Positions 39,422-53,419 of a stretch of 64,000 bases of DNA are shown here, piece by piece (the stretch's first letter is position 1; each line of letters begins with the position of its first letter). Source of the DNA: Octopus vulgaris (lineage: Eukaryota); contig OX597823.1 in NCBI GenBank assembly GCA_951406725.2, forward strand, positions 27,714,001-27,778,000. The letters are read 5' to 3'. A model generated the notes under the pieces. It had not been told where the DNA came from. It did not search any database and was given only the letters and a program-made list of their open reading frames with translations. The translations under genes and the position numbers were made by a program.

Positions 39422-39846
39422 GGCAAAGACGTATGCGGGAGGCCAACATAAAAAAATTCATCTTATCTGTAAGAAGAATATTGAATAAATGTACAATCCA
39501 GATGTGGATAGTCTAGGACCTAGATTTCGAACTTTCCAAATTACGTTTATAAACGTAAATTTAATTAGTCCTCTTCGGCTACATTCACCTAGACAAAATT
39601 CCAAATGTGGCTACATCATATATACATACATATATACGTACATACATACACACATCATATACATACATACATACATACATACATACATACATACATACAT
39701 ACATACATACATACATACATACATTCACGCATATATATATATATATATATAACGAGAAGCTTTATGAAAATAAACAAACGAAGGCAGGTGGAATACAAAC
39801 AAACAATTGTATTAGTATGGCGCTCAGGAATATTAAATAAAACAAG

Positions 39847-39884
39847 TCTTTTACGTTTCGAGCCTACGCTCTTCAACAGAAAGA
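39847..39884 (-). ncRNA. Minimal hammerhead-like motif with variant core
   Basis: TCTTT-CTGTTGA-A-GAGC-GTAG-GCTC-GAAA-C-GTA-AAAGA inside a ~210-bp insert between TA repeats. Confidence 0.5.
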
Positions 39885-40619
39885 TACACAGAAAAGAAAC
39901 ACAGACAGAAGCAAGGAGAGAAAAAAAATGCGTGCAGAGGCTAGCGAATCAACATGGCGATCTATATATATACATACATGCATACGTACATACATGGCGA
40001 TATATATATATACATACATGCATACGTACATACATACACACACATATATTCCTTTATTCCTGTATTTGTTTCAGTCATTTGACTGCGGCCATGCTGGAGC
40101 ACCGCCTTTAGTCGAACAAATCGACTCCAAGACTTATTCTGTGTAAGCCTAGTACTTAGTCTATCGATTTCTTTTGCCGAACTGCTAAGTTACGGAAACG
40201 TAAACACACCAGCATCGGTTGAGAAGCGTAGATGGGGTGGGGACAAATACAAACACACACACACACATGGTATTTGTTCCATGTACTTCTCAAGATTTTT
40301 ACTCACTGTTCCCAGGGTTCCGACAATTATTGGTACTACTTCCATTTTTTCATCGACCACAACTGCTTAGCCTCCCAAGCTAACCTATTATATCTATCGA
40401 CTTTTCTTTCTTCCTTATCGCATAACTTGTTATCAGCTGGGCATGCTATCTATGATCCAGCATAGTTTGTTTTCTTTCTCAATTAAGACTATGTCCGGCT
40501 TCCTATTCTCTATCTCATGGTCGCACTGAGTCATAAAATCCTACAGGATCTTTGCATGATCATTTTCGGGTTTGTGGTCGTACCAATTTTTTGCTCTGTC
40601 AAGTCCATACTTGTTGCAA

Positions 40620-40700
<81 letters not shown>

Positions 40701-40719
40701 ATTATTATTATTATTATTA

Positions 40720-43700
40720 CTGAACCATGAACCATTATTATTAGAACCATTATTATTAGAACCATGAAAAAACCATAACACCAAATAACACAAACATGAA
40801 ATATGTATCCTCCGACCAAGTGGCAAACCAAAGTGGTAACTCTTTTTTACTGACTTACCTAGAAAATATGAAGGCCGACCTAAGCCAGGAGATCCAACGA
40901 GCTATCAGCAACCACCTATGCAAATCACAAGGACCACACACCCACTACCAACAAGAAAATCATACACACACAGCTCCATACAAGAACTACCCACATTGTT
41001 ACCACTGAACAACTTAGAACAATGCAAACATCAAACTTCACTTACCTCGACATTCCTATTAAATGTACGTGGCATCAACCCATCAATTATTGCCCAAAAA
41101 TGGAAGATCCCATATATAGAGAGTTGGCTTGCCGAAACGACACATTGCTTCCCTTTCTTTATCCTTACCGAGACTCACATGAACAACACCCATATAGACG
41201 CCGAGGTGAAAATAAAAGATTTCACCATTGTTCGTGCGGATCGTACAAACCGAAATAAGGGAGGGACAGCCATCTTTATCCATGACTCCTTCTCACTTGA
41301 TGCCAAGGACATATTTTCCAATGGCTATTGTGAATCTGTATCACTATTCAGCAAGGCCAAGGACATAGTCATTGTTGGTCTTTACAGGCCTCCCCAAGCA
41401 CCTTTAAAGTGCTTTGAAGAGTGCCTTAGCAAAGTCAAGTCCTTCCTTCGGAAGTACCACTCCGGAAACATACTAGTGATGGGTGATTTTAACCTCCCTC
41501 ATGTGAACTGGCCCATAAATACTCTAAAGTTAGGCAAGTTCTCTACATCAGATAGAGCAGCAGCGGAACTGCTCTTTAATCTAATGGATGAATACTTCCT
41601 GACTCAGCTTGTCCTCGAACCAACGAGACAGAATAAAACGATCTTGGATCTGGTATTGACCAATCACTCTAGCTTCGTTCACAGCATTTCAGTTGAAAAA
41701 ACTCTCCTCTGAGATCACGACATGGTACTCTGCAATTTCAATTCCCGACATATAAAAACCAAACCAGCCAATTCCCAATATAAAAACCAAACCAGCCATG
41801 GCACTCATTTGATAACATAAACTTCCACAAAGCGGACTGGGGAGCAATTAGAAAGGATCTGTCTTTCATCGACTGGTCTTTTACTCTCAATTCCATCCAT
41901 ACTGAGACCGCATGGCAGCACTTTGAAAACATTGTCACATATACATGCTCTAAACACGCTCCCACGAAATTTACTAACACAAACAGAAATCGGCTCCCTA
42001 AAAAGAAGAAAACACTCATCAGGCGCATCAAAAGACTTAACAAAAAAATCAACCAATTAAAATATTCCCACAAACAACATCCACGTTCAACAACAATGAA
42101 AAGGCTAGAGCTGGAAAAACTTCATCTGCAGAACGACATGAAAACCTCCATTGAAAATCAAAGAGCTGCGGAGGAACAGTGGGTAATCAAAAACATCAAA
42201 CAGAACCCAAAAGTGTTCTATTCCTATGCAAATAAGCATAGAACCACTGTCTCACCCATTGGGCCATTGATTGATGCTAACGGCATTCCCCAACACGATG
42301 CTAAAGAAATGGCAGAAATACTGCAGAAACAATACTGCTCTGTCTTTAGTGTTCCCACTGATATTGACGTAAGAGAAGCGAACGAAGTTGACTCCCAACA
42401 CAAAATTGCAGACATAACCTTCACTCCCACTGACATCGAAGCAGCAATAAATGAGGTCAAATACTACTCTGCTGTAGGCCCTGATAGATTCCCCGCTAGT
42501 CTCCTGAAGGAATGTAAACACCAACTTGCAGTCCCTCTGACCAACCTCTGGAGAAATTCGTTAGATGTAGGTTATATACCAAAACAGTTTCTATCCCAGT
42601 CAGTCATCCCGGTTTTCAAACAGGGAAACAGATCCCTCGCACTCAACTATCGCCCAATCTCACTCACCTCCCACATCATCAAAGTGTTTGAAAGAGTGTT
42701 AAGATCAAGGATGGCTGACTTCCTGGAGACCCAGAAACTCCTAAATGCAAATCAGCATGGCTTTCGCTGTGGCAGGGACTGTCTAACACAGCTCTTATAC
42801 CACATTGAAGATGTACTCAAAGCCTTGGGAACAGGTTCGAACTCTGATGTCATATATCTTGACTTCAGTAAAGCGTTCGACAGGGTAGACCATAATATCC
42901 TACTCTCAAAATTGGCAAATGTTGGAATCCGTGGAAAAGTTCTACACTGGATCAAGTATTTCCTGGCGAATAGAACACAACATGTTGTAGTTGATGGAGT
43001 CCACTCAAGCCCAGCAAAAGTCACCAGCGGTGTCCCTCAGGGGACTGTCTTGGGTCCGCTACTCTTCATAATCTACATAAACGACCTTTCCAGTGTCGTA
43101 CATTACTGCAAAGTGAAAATATTTGCTGATGACACCAAGCTCCAGCAAATCGTCAATGAAGAAGCAGACCGAACTCAACTCCAGTCTGATCTATATGCTG
43201 TGAGTCAATGGGCAGACAGAAACAAAATGCAACTGAACGAGGGAAAATTTGAGCTGATGCATTTTGGAAGAAACTCCTCACTAAAACAGCCATACTCTCT
43301 TCCTTCAGGGGAACCGCTTACAGCCTCTAACAATATCAGAGACCTGGGTGTAATTGTTGATGACGATCTCAGTTGGAGTGCACACATCAACAAGAAGGTC
43401 GATATAGCTCGTAGGATGAGTTCCTGGATCTTAAGAACTTTCCGGTCCAGAGAACAAGGTGTCATCATACCACTTTTTTCCTCCTTTGTACGGCCACACC
43501 TTGAATACTGCTGCCCACTGTGGTCTCCTCACACAAGACAAAACATCTCCAGAATTGAGTCACCCCAGAGGGCACTCACTAAACGAATTGAAGGCATGGC
43601 TGCTCTCGATTATTGGGGTCGCCTTAAAGCCTTGAAACTTTACTCCCTCCAGCGTCGCCGCGAGCGGTACATCATTTGTACGATGTGGAAAATATACCGC

Positions 43701-44134
43701 CAACTATGCCCAAACGACCTAAACATTAGCTTCAAGGTTCATCCAAGACTTGGACCACGGGCTATACGTCCCCTGCCCAATTCAAGATCACAACATACAT
43801 GTACACTGCAACATAATTTCTTTTCCTCAACAGGCCCTGCCCTATTTAACATTGTCCCGAGAGAGATCAAAGAGGAAAAGGATCCTATCAACTTTAAACA
43901 GAGTCTGGATAGATTCCTTCAAAGAATACCAGATAAGCCACCCATAATTGGATACAACTCACCCAACAAGAACTCACTACTTGAACAAAACTGGATACAA
44001 CTCACCCAACAAGAACTCACTACTTGAACAAAACTTGACTTAAACAGGATTCGAACAATCCTATCAGGTGGTGCTATTAAGTTAGACATGTCCTGGACCA
44101 ATCTTTGGTCGAAACATATCTAAGTTTATCTAAG

Positions 44135-44138
<4 letters not shown>
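40720..44138 (+). mobile_element. 5'-truncated CR1-type LINE in (TTA)n
   Basis: Probable ORF1 tail (40796-41008), ORF2 EN+RT, 3' stem-loop and (TCTAAGTTTA)2 tail; (TTA)n on both sides. Confidence 0.92.
40918..44027 (+). pseudogene. LINE ORF2 (APE endonuclease + reverse transcriptase), one stop and one frameshift
   Basis: NVRG, LTETH, YRPP, GDFN, LDLVLTN and *DH (TGA at 41710 in place of Ser). A ~29-bp tandem duplication at 41739-41796 shifts the frame; then open from NFHKADW through NYRPISLT, GVPQGTVLGP, FADD and RPHLEYC. Confidence 0.95.
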
Positions 44139-44204
<66 letters not shown>

Positions 44205-44927
44205 CACGAGCAACACAACCTTTGTTTATTGACATATGCCCCAAAGTATCTCATCTCTGGCGGTATTTCAGACAGTATTGGTAAATTCAAAATATAGGAG
44301 CCACAGAAGATCTAAGGGATTTAGCAAATTGATTGCTTCTATTTGGAACTGGAACCATTCCGATAATGCGGGGATTAGCATCAAACGATATGGAAGTAAT
44401 CCACCCGCCCTCTTTATATCTTGAAAATCCATCTGTACGTCCTATTTTTGGTAATGTATTTAAGGACGAGATGCGATAACATGCAATACTGTCCTCTGAG
44501 AATTGCTTTTCTTTAAACAAAATTTTGAAACTGCTGCAAGGAAATATCCAAGAGATAAAGCAATTATTGGTAATGGACGCTACACAATAGAATTAAACCA
44601 TTTTCTTCATCTTTAATGGTACCAGATTTAATAAAAATCAGTTGTAATGCTATTACACAAATATACCAATTCAGCAAGTAATGAAATTAGACTAGAAATT
44701 GTTTACTTACATCGTAATTACACAGAAGGCTTGTTGATAGGTGATCCTTTAATAAGAAGGCAAGCATTAATACCAAGGATTGTTTCAACAATGCAACTAT
44801 TTCCCATTGTTTCGTTGCTATCAATGATACCGTTATTTATGATAATCATAAACTGAGGTTTTTAGTGATTCAAATTTCACAAAGAATCTGATTACTCTAG
44901 AAAGATTAGCTTATTTATTATTTATTA

Positions 44928-45697
44928 AGGCGGCGAGCTGGTAGAAACGTTAGCGCGCCAGAAACGTCTGCCGCTACGTTCTCAGTTCAAATTCCGCCGA
45001 GGTCAACTTTGCCTTTCATCCTTTCGGGGTCGATTAAATAAGTACCAGTTACGCACTGGGGTCGATATAATCGACTTAATCCGTTTGTCTGTCCTTGTTT
45101 GTCCCCTCTGTGTGTAACCCCTTGTGGGCAGTAAAGAAATTGGTATTTCGTCTGCCGTTACGGTCTGAGTTCAAATTCTGCCGAGGTCGACTTTGCCTTT
45201 CATCTTTACGGGGTCGATAAATTAAGTACCATTTACGCACTAGTGTCGATATAATCGACTTAATCCGTTTGTCTGTCCTTGTTTGTCCTCTCTGTGTTTT
45301 GCCCCTTGTGGATAATAAAGAAATAGGTATTTCGTCTGTCTTTACATTCCGAGTTCAAATTCCGCCGAGGTCGACTTTGCCTTTCATACTTTCGGTATCG
45401 ATAAATTAAGTATTAGTTGCGTACTGGAGTCGATGTTATCGACTGGCTCCCTCCCCCAAAATTCCGGGCCTTGAGCCTAGAGTAGAAAAGAATATAAGCA
45501 ATCCCAAGCCGGCGAGCTGGCAGAAACGTTAGTACGCCGGGCGATAATGCTAAGCGGTATTTCGTCTGTCTTTAAGTTCAAATTCTTTACTTTTCATCCT
45601 TTCGGGATCGATAAATTAAGTACTTACCTGGGTAAATCTAATCGACTGGCCCCATTCCCCCAAAATTTCGGGCCATGTGCCTAGTGTAGAAAAGATT
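44928..45697 (+). mobile_element. SINE A trimer plus monomer
   Basis: Junctions at ~45141 and ~45325; direct repeat AAAGATTAGCTTATTTATT on both flanks. Confidence 0.85.
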
Positions 45698-46946
45698 AGC
45701 TTATTTATTGACAATAAAACACGAGATCAAACATTTAATAAGAGAGGGACCTACTTACCACAGCCAGTATTGAGTCGTGGACAGCCATGTATTGTTGTGG
45801 TGATTGACAAAGTAAATAACGTAAGTACTGTTTTGAGCCCTAGGATTCACTGATAGGGTTGGTTACTCGGTTTCCATGGCATATAAGAGACTGAGATCAC
45901 AACATTGCCCCTAAGCAGGGACAGCAGTCCGTCGCTGAGTCACTGAGTGCACTGGAGCAACGGGAAATGAAGAATTTGCTCAAGAATACAACACAACGCC
46001 CGGTTCAGGAATAGAAATCCACGACCTAGCGATCGTGTGTGCGACTCCCTTAACCACTAGGCCACGCACATTCAATTAATACTATTAGTTTAAAAAATTA
46101 CATTAAAGACGAAATATTCTTTTCTCCTCTAGGCACAGGGCCCGAAATTTTGGGGGAGGAGGCCAGTCGATTTGATCAACCCCAGTACGCAGCTGGTACT
46201 TAATTTATCGACCCCGAAAGGATGAAAGGCAAAGTCGATGTCGGCGGAATTTGAACTCAGAACGTAGTGACGGGCGAAATACTGCTAAGCATTTCGTCCG
46301 GCTACTCGCCGCCATTTTCCGCCAATTCACCGCCTTTGACCGCCAGGTCGCCGCCATTTTCCGGCAGGTCGCGGCCTTGTTCAGAAATAATAATAAAGAC
46401 GAAATATTATCGCTAAAAACGTGTATAAAGAAGTATTAAATTAAAGATATCAATTTATGATAATTATAAATAATGGTATTTATGATATCAATGATAAAAC
46501 GATGTAATAACTATATCATACTTGGACAATGGTTGCATTGTTTAAAACTATTGGGCACTGGTGTGCAATGAAACAATTCCATTTCCCTTTTCATCTCTTC
46601 ATCCACAAATGATAACGAAATCGCGTGATTGCATAAATATCTGCTGCAGAAATTAATATGTCTTAGTCGTCCACAAGATGGCAAGTTAGCAGAATTATTA
46701 GAGCATCGAACAAAATTCTGAGCACCATTTCTTTCTGTGTCATACGTTCTGAATTTAAGTTCCGCCGAGGCTGACTTTACCGTTTGTCCTCCTGAGTCAA
46801 TAAAACAGAGTGTCAAGTTAAGCACTAGGGGTTAATATAATCGACTTTTCCTCCTCTCACTAAAAATACTGACTTTGTGCCAAAATGGAAACAATCATGT
46901 CCTAGTTGTCAACAACCTGTAGAATTTCCACAGCCAGTAGCGTTTC

Positions 46947-47481
46947 ACGAAATATTTTTTCCACTAGAATTCCGAAACCTTGTTATGAAATCATTTGCAT
47001 ACAGCCAACCAGAGCTCAACTATCAAGCTAAATTATGAGTGCATAGCAAGTGGAGGGCGATAAGATAGGGTCACCTGGGTAAGGAATGCCCATGCTTCTT
47101 TTCTCTTTTGATAATGCTTGTTGTTCTTGTTCTTGTTCCAACCATGGCTGCCTCTGCGTAGTTATTTGTGTTGCTGTTTACTTTCTAAAACAGCAAGGGG
47201 TGAGGGCTGCTAGCACATCACCCTCTACGTACATTTTCCCATCCACATCTTTACCATATGGGGGCCCTAACAAAATCCGATAATAGGTATAGATGCAAAT
47301 CTATCTAATTGCTTTAGGCATAACTCGGCGATCTGTCGACCTACAACACTGTTCTTCGTCTTGAGTTTGCTTGGTAGGGTGTGTTTATTAACTTGACAAC
47401 AAGGTCTAAAGTGAGCTCTGATTGGCTGTATGCAAATGAGTTCATTGCTGGGGTCCAGAACTCTCGTGGAAAAAAATTAGC
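46947..47481 (+). mobile_element. MULE MITE copy 4
   Basis: Family TIRs; TSD TAGCGTTTC/TGGCGGTTC. Confidence 0.85.
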
Positions 47482-47639
47482 TGGCGGTTCCACCGAATTG
47501 TAGCAGCTCGAACAAGGTTTGATTAAAAATGGATCAACTTCAAAATTCCTTACAATATAATTACAAAGTTACAATAAGTAAAAAGAATGAAACATAAAAG
47601 TTGGTAACGTCTGTTCTAAGTCATAGCAATACGAAATAC

Positions 47640-49990
47640 AGAATGGCAATTCTTCTATTCTGGGATTCTTATGTGAAAAGAAGAACGATGAGTTCAAGAT
47701 CAAGTTTTAGGAACGCTGTATTTTCATGGCAGTTGCGCCGAAATTTCCCAGTCTATTGACCATGATGGAATTACTCAGACATGCTTTGAAAAACTCTTTT
47801 CACAGCCAGCACTGCTTTCAGAAAGCATTATAGAAATTTGATACAGTTCAAAGAAGGCATCTTTAAAGGAATGCAAACCTCTAGTGATTCAGTCAGTGTG
47901 TCTAAAATATGCTACTTCTGTTCGATGAGACACTGTATGAGTCTCTTAAAGTCGCCAAAGTTTAGCCGATATTTCTTTGTCATGAATTTGAGGTCATCAA
48001 TATGTAGAAACTGGTCGCTCTTTGAATTGGGAATGAAAAGACTCTTCATGATTTAAAAGTTGTTTGCAGAAAAACTACTTCGGGATTCTGAGAAAATCTT
48101 AGTCAAAACAGGATGAGGGTCTTACGGGGAAAATCGACGAAAGATTTCCGCTACTTGTCGGCCACTTTCCATCAACCTTACAGATCTACCGAGTCCTCCA
48201 AATACTGCAAAATTTGCCTCAGCATTTTCGATTCATCCGAAGGAGCTGATTTCTTAACGTTATTAATTTCAGTAATCTGTTGCATGATCCTAAGTTACGT
48301 ATCTTCGTCATCTCGTTTGTTTCATTCGACAGCTGTATATTAATTCGCTTGCTGTATTCCTTAAAAAAGCTTGTAGCATATTTGTCGAGGCTTAATTCAG
48401 CAGAATTTGTTCAGTTAGAACAAGGAGGATACAAGCGTTTGCAGACAAAAGTAGGGACTTGCTCCCAGTTTGTCTCTCTCTGTTGACTTGATATCTTCAC
48501 TGAAATACAATAGAATGATCAAAATAAATAAAAACAACAAACCCAACGTCTATTGGACTAGCATCTCAGTTGGACTCACCGTCCAATAGATTGAGCCATG
48601 AACACGTAGAGTTGTTGCAGTATCGTGAAAATTTCTCCTGCAACGCAGTCATCCACAACCAGGTGGAACAGGTGAACGCGACAGCATACATAAACTACAA
48701 ATGGGATAACAGAAGGTAACTTTGCTTGAATACCAGTGATTTTTTTTGCACGTGACCGAGGAACCCTCATATGCAGTGGGTGACACAACTGGACGTGGAA
48801 ACCAGCAGGATTCAAGAGTGACAGTATACACTACAAAAGCGATTGAGAGTCAATTTCAGAAGCTAATCAACATCTAATAAAATCTTCATTTATAATATCG
48901 TCAAAAACATGGCACAGAACAAATGAGAGCTGTACGGTTTTCGAAATGTCTTTATTTTATTCACAATTAATGCAGAAGACTCTGATTCAGATACAGACAT
49001 CTTTTACCAACCTCATGCCCCACATTTAAAAAAAAAACTTCCTGATGACTTAATAGAAACTCGTCGAAATATCGCAAAATAAACATTTTGCATTTGGGAG
49101 CCCCCACCCATTATCCGCTCACAATGTCACGTCCCTTATTTCTCACATGTAGCTCTACCCTTGCCCACCAGCTTCATATACTTTTCGGGAAATCTGTTGC
49201 AGTATAGCCAATTGTAAAACAGGTCAAACTGAATAGGTAAACCCTATTCTAACGAACTTGTTTCACACGAACCTGTTTGGGCAAGGATAGCACAGCTTTA
49301 TTCCTTTCCCAATGTTTTCGGTACTCCTTCCTAACAGAAGTAACTGTAACAGGAAAATGGAATTTCTTGAGGATAGCTAAAGAATTCTTTTACATAATTG
49401 TCTTTGTAAATGTTTGCTCATGCACTAGTTTAGATTTGTCCGGAAATTGTTGGTAGCAAAAGCAGTATATTGTATTTTCTGATTCGCAATACTCTGTCCA
49501 TAGATGTGATGTTTAAAACCCTGGATTGAAATCCTAATGAATTGACCCAAACAATGTTTGTGGAAATTTTCTGAACTGTGACTGAAAGGATTCTTCGCTT
49601 TAACTGATGCTAATGTTTGCTGCATGTGTGTCCCGTAACTATTGAGCCGTTACTATATTAGAAACATCAATTTCCGTCACAGAAGTTTTCTCAGTTGAAA
49701 ACTTTTTCGATTCCTAATCACAGTGCTGTTTGGCTATTTGTCTTTCGATATCTGTCACAGCGGGATCGCCCTTGACACTATTTGTGTTTTATAAATTTGT
49801 TGAATGACAATTTTTTCGTCTGTAATCTTATCAAAATCTTTAAAGTATGCATAAGCTGACATTTTGAGAACCTTTAAATCTGAAGGAGTTCGACAACTTC
49901 TGTAGCAGCAGCAAGCCACATTCTAATGGATTGTCATATACCCAGTATATGTAACAGAAATTTAAGAGATTGTTTACAAATGTCTCCGTT
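47640..49990 (-). pseudogene. Fossil hAT transposase (ZMYM1/ZNF862-like type)
   Basis: GIQAKL..IPFVVYVCCRVHLFHLVVDD (CxxH region), SSAGCEKSFS (dimerisation motif) and a Cys-rich N-terminal remnant near 49900. Confidence 0.6.
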
Positions 49991-50952
49991 TAAAACAAAA
50001 TGACAAAAGGTCAGCTAATACAGCAGTTAACACATGAAGAAACTTAAAAGTTCTGTATATCATTTTTAAAATAAACAAGCATTGTTATCATATTACATTA
50101 TTAAATAAACAAATATTGTTTTTACAGTGAGGTAATTTCATTTCACCACTGTAAAAGCACATAAGTTTAATTCAGACTAAAATTGCTACAAAAATTTGTG
50201 AGGGTGACTCATAGAAAGGTGATTGCAAGAACCAAAAAGTTGGTCTTTTGACGAACTTTGTGCATTCACCGTTCCTTCTAGTCGGGCAAAGAATACGCAC
50301 AAAGGAGAAGAATAAGTAAAATGAGCACACGTATTGCACACGTGAATACACGGATATTTTTTCTTATTTTGGAAGGGACTGAGAGAGAACCTAAGCTTTT
50401 TGCCCCCAAATTGAACTCAGAACGTAAAAACAGGGGAGATGCCGCTAAGCATTTTGCTCGGCGTGTGCAACAATTCTAAAGGTCATATATTCTTTTCTTT
50501 TCTACTCTAGGCACAAGGCCCGAAATATTGGGGGAGGGGGCCAGTCGATTTGATCGACCCCAGTACGCAACTGGTACTTAATTTGCCGACATTACAGACG
50601 GAGAATGAACATACTACCATCATGTTCTTAATGATGAAATTAACCTCTCTGTCAATATATGTACCCTATTTGTAATGTTGGCAAATGAAATAAGTACAAG
50701 AATGCGCATTGTCCGTTTAATTAAAAAATGCTATATGTTACTGAAGATTGCTCGACATTTTAAAACTGATGTAATACTTACAGGGTTTAATAAAATGAAG
50801 TAGCATGAAACAATTGTACTACACTACCTTGGAAATCCTTGTTGCTTATTTTGATTATAATCACCCCATTTGATTTATATGGATAATACCATACAAAATT
50901 CTGGTGCCTTTAACTTAAGTACCATATTCAACTGAATCTAAATTTTGCTGAA

Positions 50953-51030
<78 letters not shown>

Positions 51031-51060
51031 CATACATACATACATACATGCATACATATC

Positions 51061-51760
51061 GTGGCTGTGTAGTAAGAAGCTTGCTTCCCAACCTCATGGT
51101 TACTGATTCAGACCCACTTCGTGGCACCTTGGGCAGGTGTTTTCTACTATAAGCCTCGGACCGGTTAAAGCCTTGTGAGTGGATTTGGTAGACGGAAACT
51201 GAAAGCAGCCTTTCGAGTGGCTGTGTGGTAAGTAGATTGTTTACCAACCGCATGGTTCCGGGTTCAGTCCCACTGCGTGGCACCTTGGGCAAGTGTCTTC
51301 TACTATAGCCTCGGGCCAACCAAAGCCTTGTGAGTGGATTTGGTAGACGGAAACTGAAAGCAGCCTTTCGAGTGGCTGTGTGGTAAGTAGATTGTTTACC
51401 AACCGCATGGTTCCGGGTTCAGTCCCACTGCGTGGCACCTTGGGCAAGTGTCTTCTACTATAGCCTCGGGCCAACCAAAGCCTTGTGAGTGGATTTGGTA
51501 GACGGAAACTGAGAGAAGCCCGTCGTATATATGTATATATATATATATATATATGTGTGTGTCTGTGTTTGTCCCCCTAGCATTGCTTGACAACCGATGC
51601 TGGTGTGTGTACGTCCCCGTCACTTAGCGGTTCGGCAAAAGAGACCGATAGAATAAGTACTGGGCTTACAAAGAATAAGTCCCGGGGTCGAGTTGCTCGA
51701 CTAAAGGCGGTGCCCCAGCATGGCCACAGTCAAATGACTGAAACAAGTAAAAGAGTAAAT
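51061..51760 (+). mobile_element. SINE B with triplicated 155-bp head
   Basis: Units start at ~51061, ~51216 and ~51371; the last two are nearly identical. Confidence 0.9.
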
Positions 51761-51775
51761 ATATATATCCATACA

Positions 51776-51840
<65 letters not shown>

Positions 51841-52069
51841 TGTCGGTGCGTTTATCCTTCATCCCCACTAGTTGACAACCGGGAATGGTTTGTTTACGTC
51901 TCCATAATCTAGCGGTTCGGTGGAAAGAGAAGATAAAATAGGTATCAGACTCTTAAAAGCAAAAAGGATCCTGGGGTCGATTCATTCGACTAAAATCCAA
52001 GGCAGTGCTACAGCAAGGCCACAGTCTAATGACTGATATTATATATATATATATAAATAAATACACACG

Positions 52070-52500
52070 CACAAACCAACACCGGTTGTCAAGCAGTGAT
52101 TGGGGTGTGGTGACAAAAACAGACACACACATATAAATATATAATATGCGATGAGCTTCGTTCAGTTTCCGTCTACCAAATCCACTCACAAAAGCAAGAA
52201 GACGCTTGCCCAACTTGTCACGCAGCGGGACTGAACCCGGCACCATGTGGTTGGGAAGCAAGCTTCTTACCACACAGCCACACACACACACATACATACA
52301 TACATACATACTTCCCAACCACATGGTTCCGGGTTCAGTCCCGCTGCGTGACACGTTGGGCAAGCGTCTTCTTGCTTTTGTGAGTGGATTTGGTAGACGG
52401 AAACTGAAAGAATCCACTCATCGTATATTATATATTTATATGTGTGTGTCTGTGTTTGTCAACCCACCCCCATCACTGCTTGATAACCGGTGTTGGTGTG
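52070..52500. repeat. Head-to-head inverted duplication of one SINE B variant
   Basis: Both arms share the same private deletion (GCGTCTTCTTGCTTTTGTGAGTGG). Confidence 0.8.
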
Positions 52501-53325
52501 TTTACGTCCCCGTAAGCTAGCGGTTCGGCAAAACTTACTGATAGAATACACTCTAGGCTTAAAGAATAAGTCATGGGGTCAATATGTTCGACTAAAAAAT
52601 AAATAAATACTTCAATGTAGTGCTCCAGCATGGCCGCAGTAAAAAAACTGAAACATGTAAAAGAATACATGTATACTGCGCGCTCACACATACACGCACA
52701 CACATAGTGTGTATGTGTGTGTGTGCGCGTATCCTTTCGGGGTCGATAAATAAAGTACCAGTTTCGCACTGAGGGCGATATAATCGACTCAATCCCTTCG
52801 TCTGTCCTTGTTTGTCCCCTGTATGTTTAGCCTCCTTGTGGGCAGTAAAGAAATATATATATATGTGTGTGTGTGTTTGTGTGTATGTGTGTGTGTGTGT
52901 AAATATAAATTTATTCTTCATTAAAAAATTTATGATTAATAAAATACGTTGTGAGACGTGCGCGGAGATAGAAAAAGCAATTTAGTTGTTTAAATTTACC
53001 CGAGGAAGTCAAAAAAAAAAAAAAAGAAAAAAGAAAAAAGATAAAACTAAAACGTGTTGAGAAGTAAGCTGTCACATTCTTGCCTGGAGCAGTGAGCCGT
53101 GTGGATGTGTATACATAAACACACATATATACACTCCTATCTATCTACTTAAGTTTTTCTGTGTATCTGTCCATCTATCTTTATATATATATATATCTAT
53201 ATCTATTATATGTATATATATATATATATATATAAATACTGACAGAAAAGTGGATATATATTGATTTAATAATCGGTAAAAGGATAACAAATTGTGGATA
53301 TTTCATTGACTGAGAAATACAGACA

Positions 53326-53419
53326 ATGGCAGCGGAGACGAACGGTAATGGACATATCAACGGACAGTTACCAACTTTTATGAAAAACAAATACGAACAT
53401 ATTTTTCATCTTCTTTACG
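53326..53419 (+). CDS. Probable first coding exon of a calexcitin / sarcoplasmic calcium-binding (EF-hand) protein
   Basis: MAAETNGNGHINGQLPTFMKNKYEHIFHLLY+G; in-frame upstream TGA at 53311; consensus donor ACG|GTAAGT; resembles the calexcitin N-terminal helix L..F..NK...F...YD. No downstream exon recognised. Confidence 0.65.

Noticed and set aside
51061-51525. Regularly spaced repeats as a CRISPR-like array
   Set aside because: No unique spacers, units are SINE heads, eukaryotic context and no cas genes.
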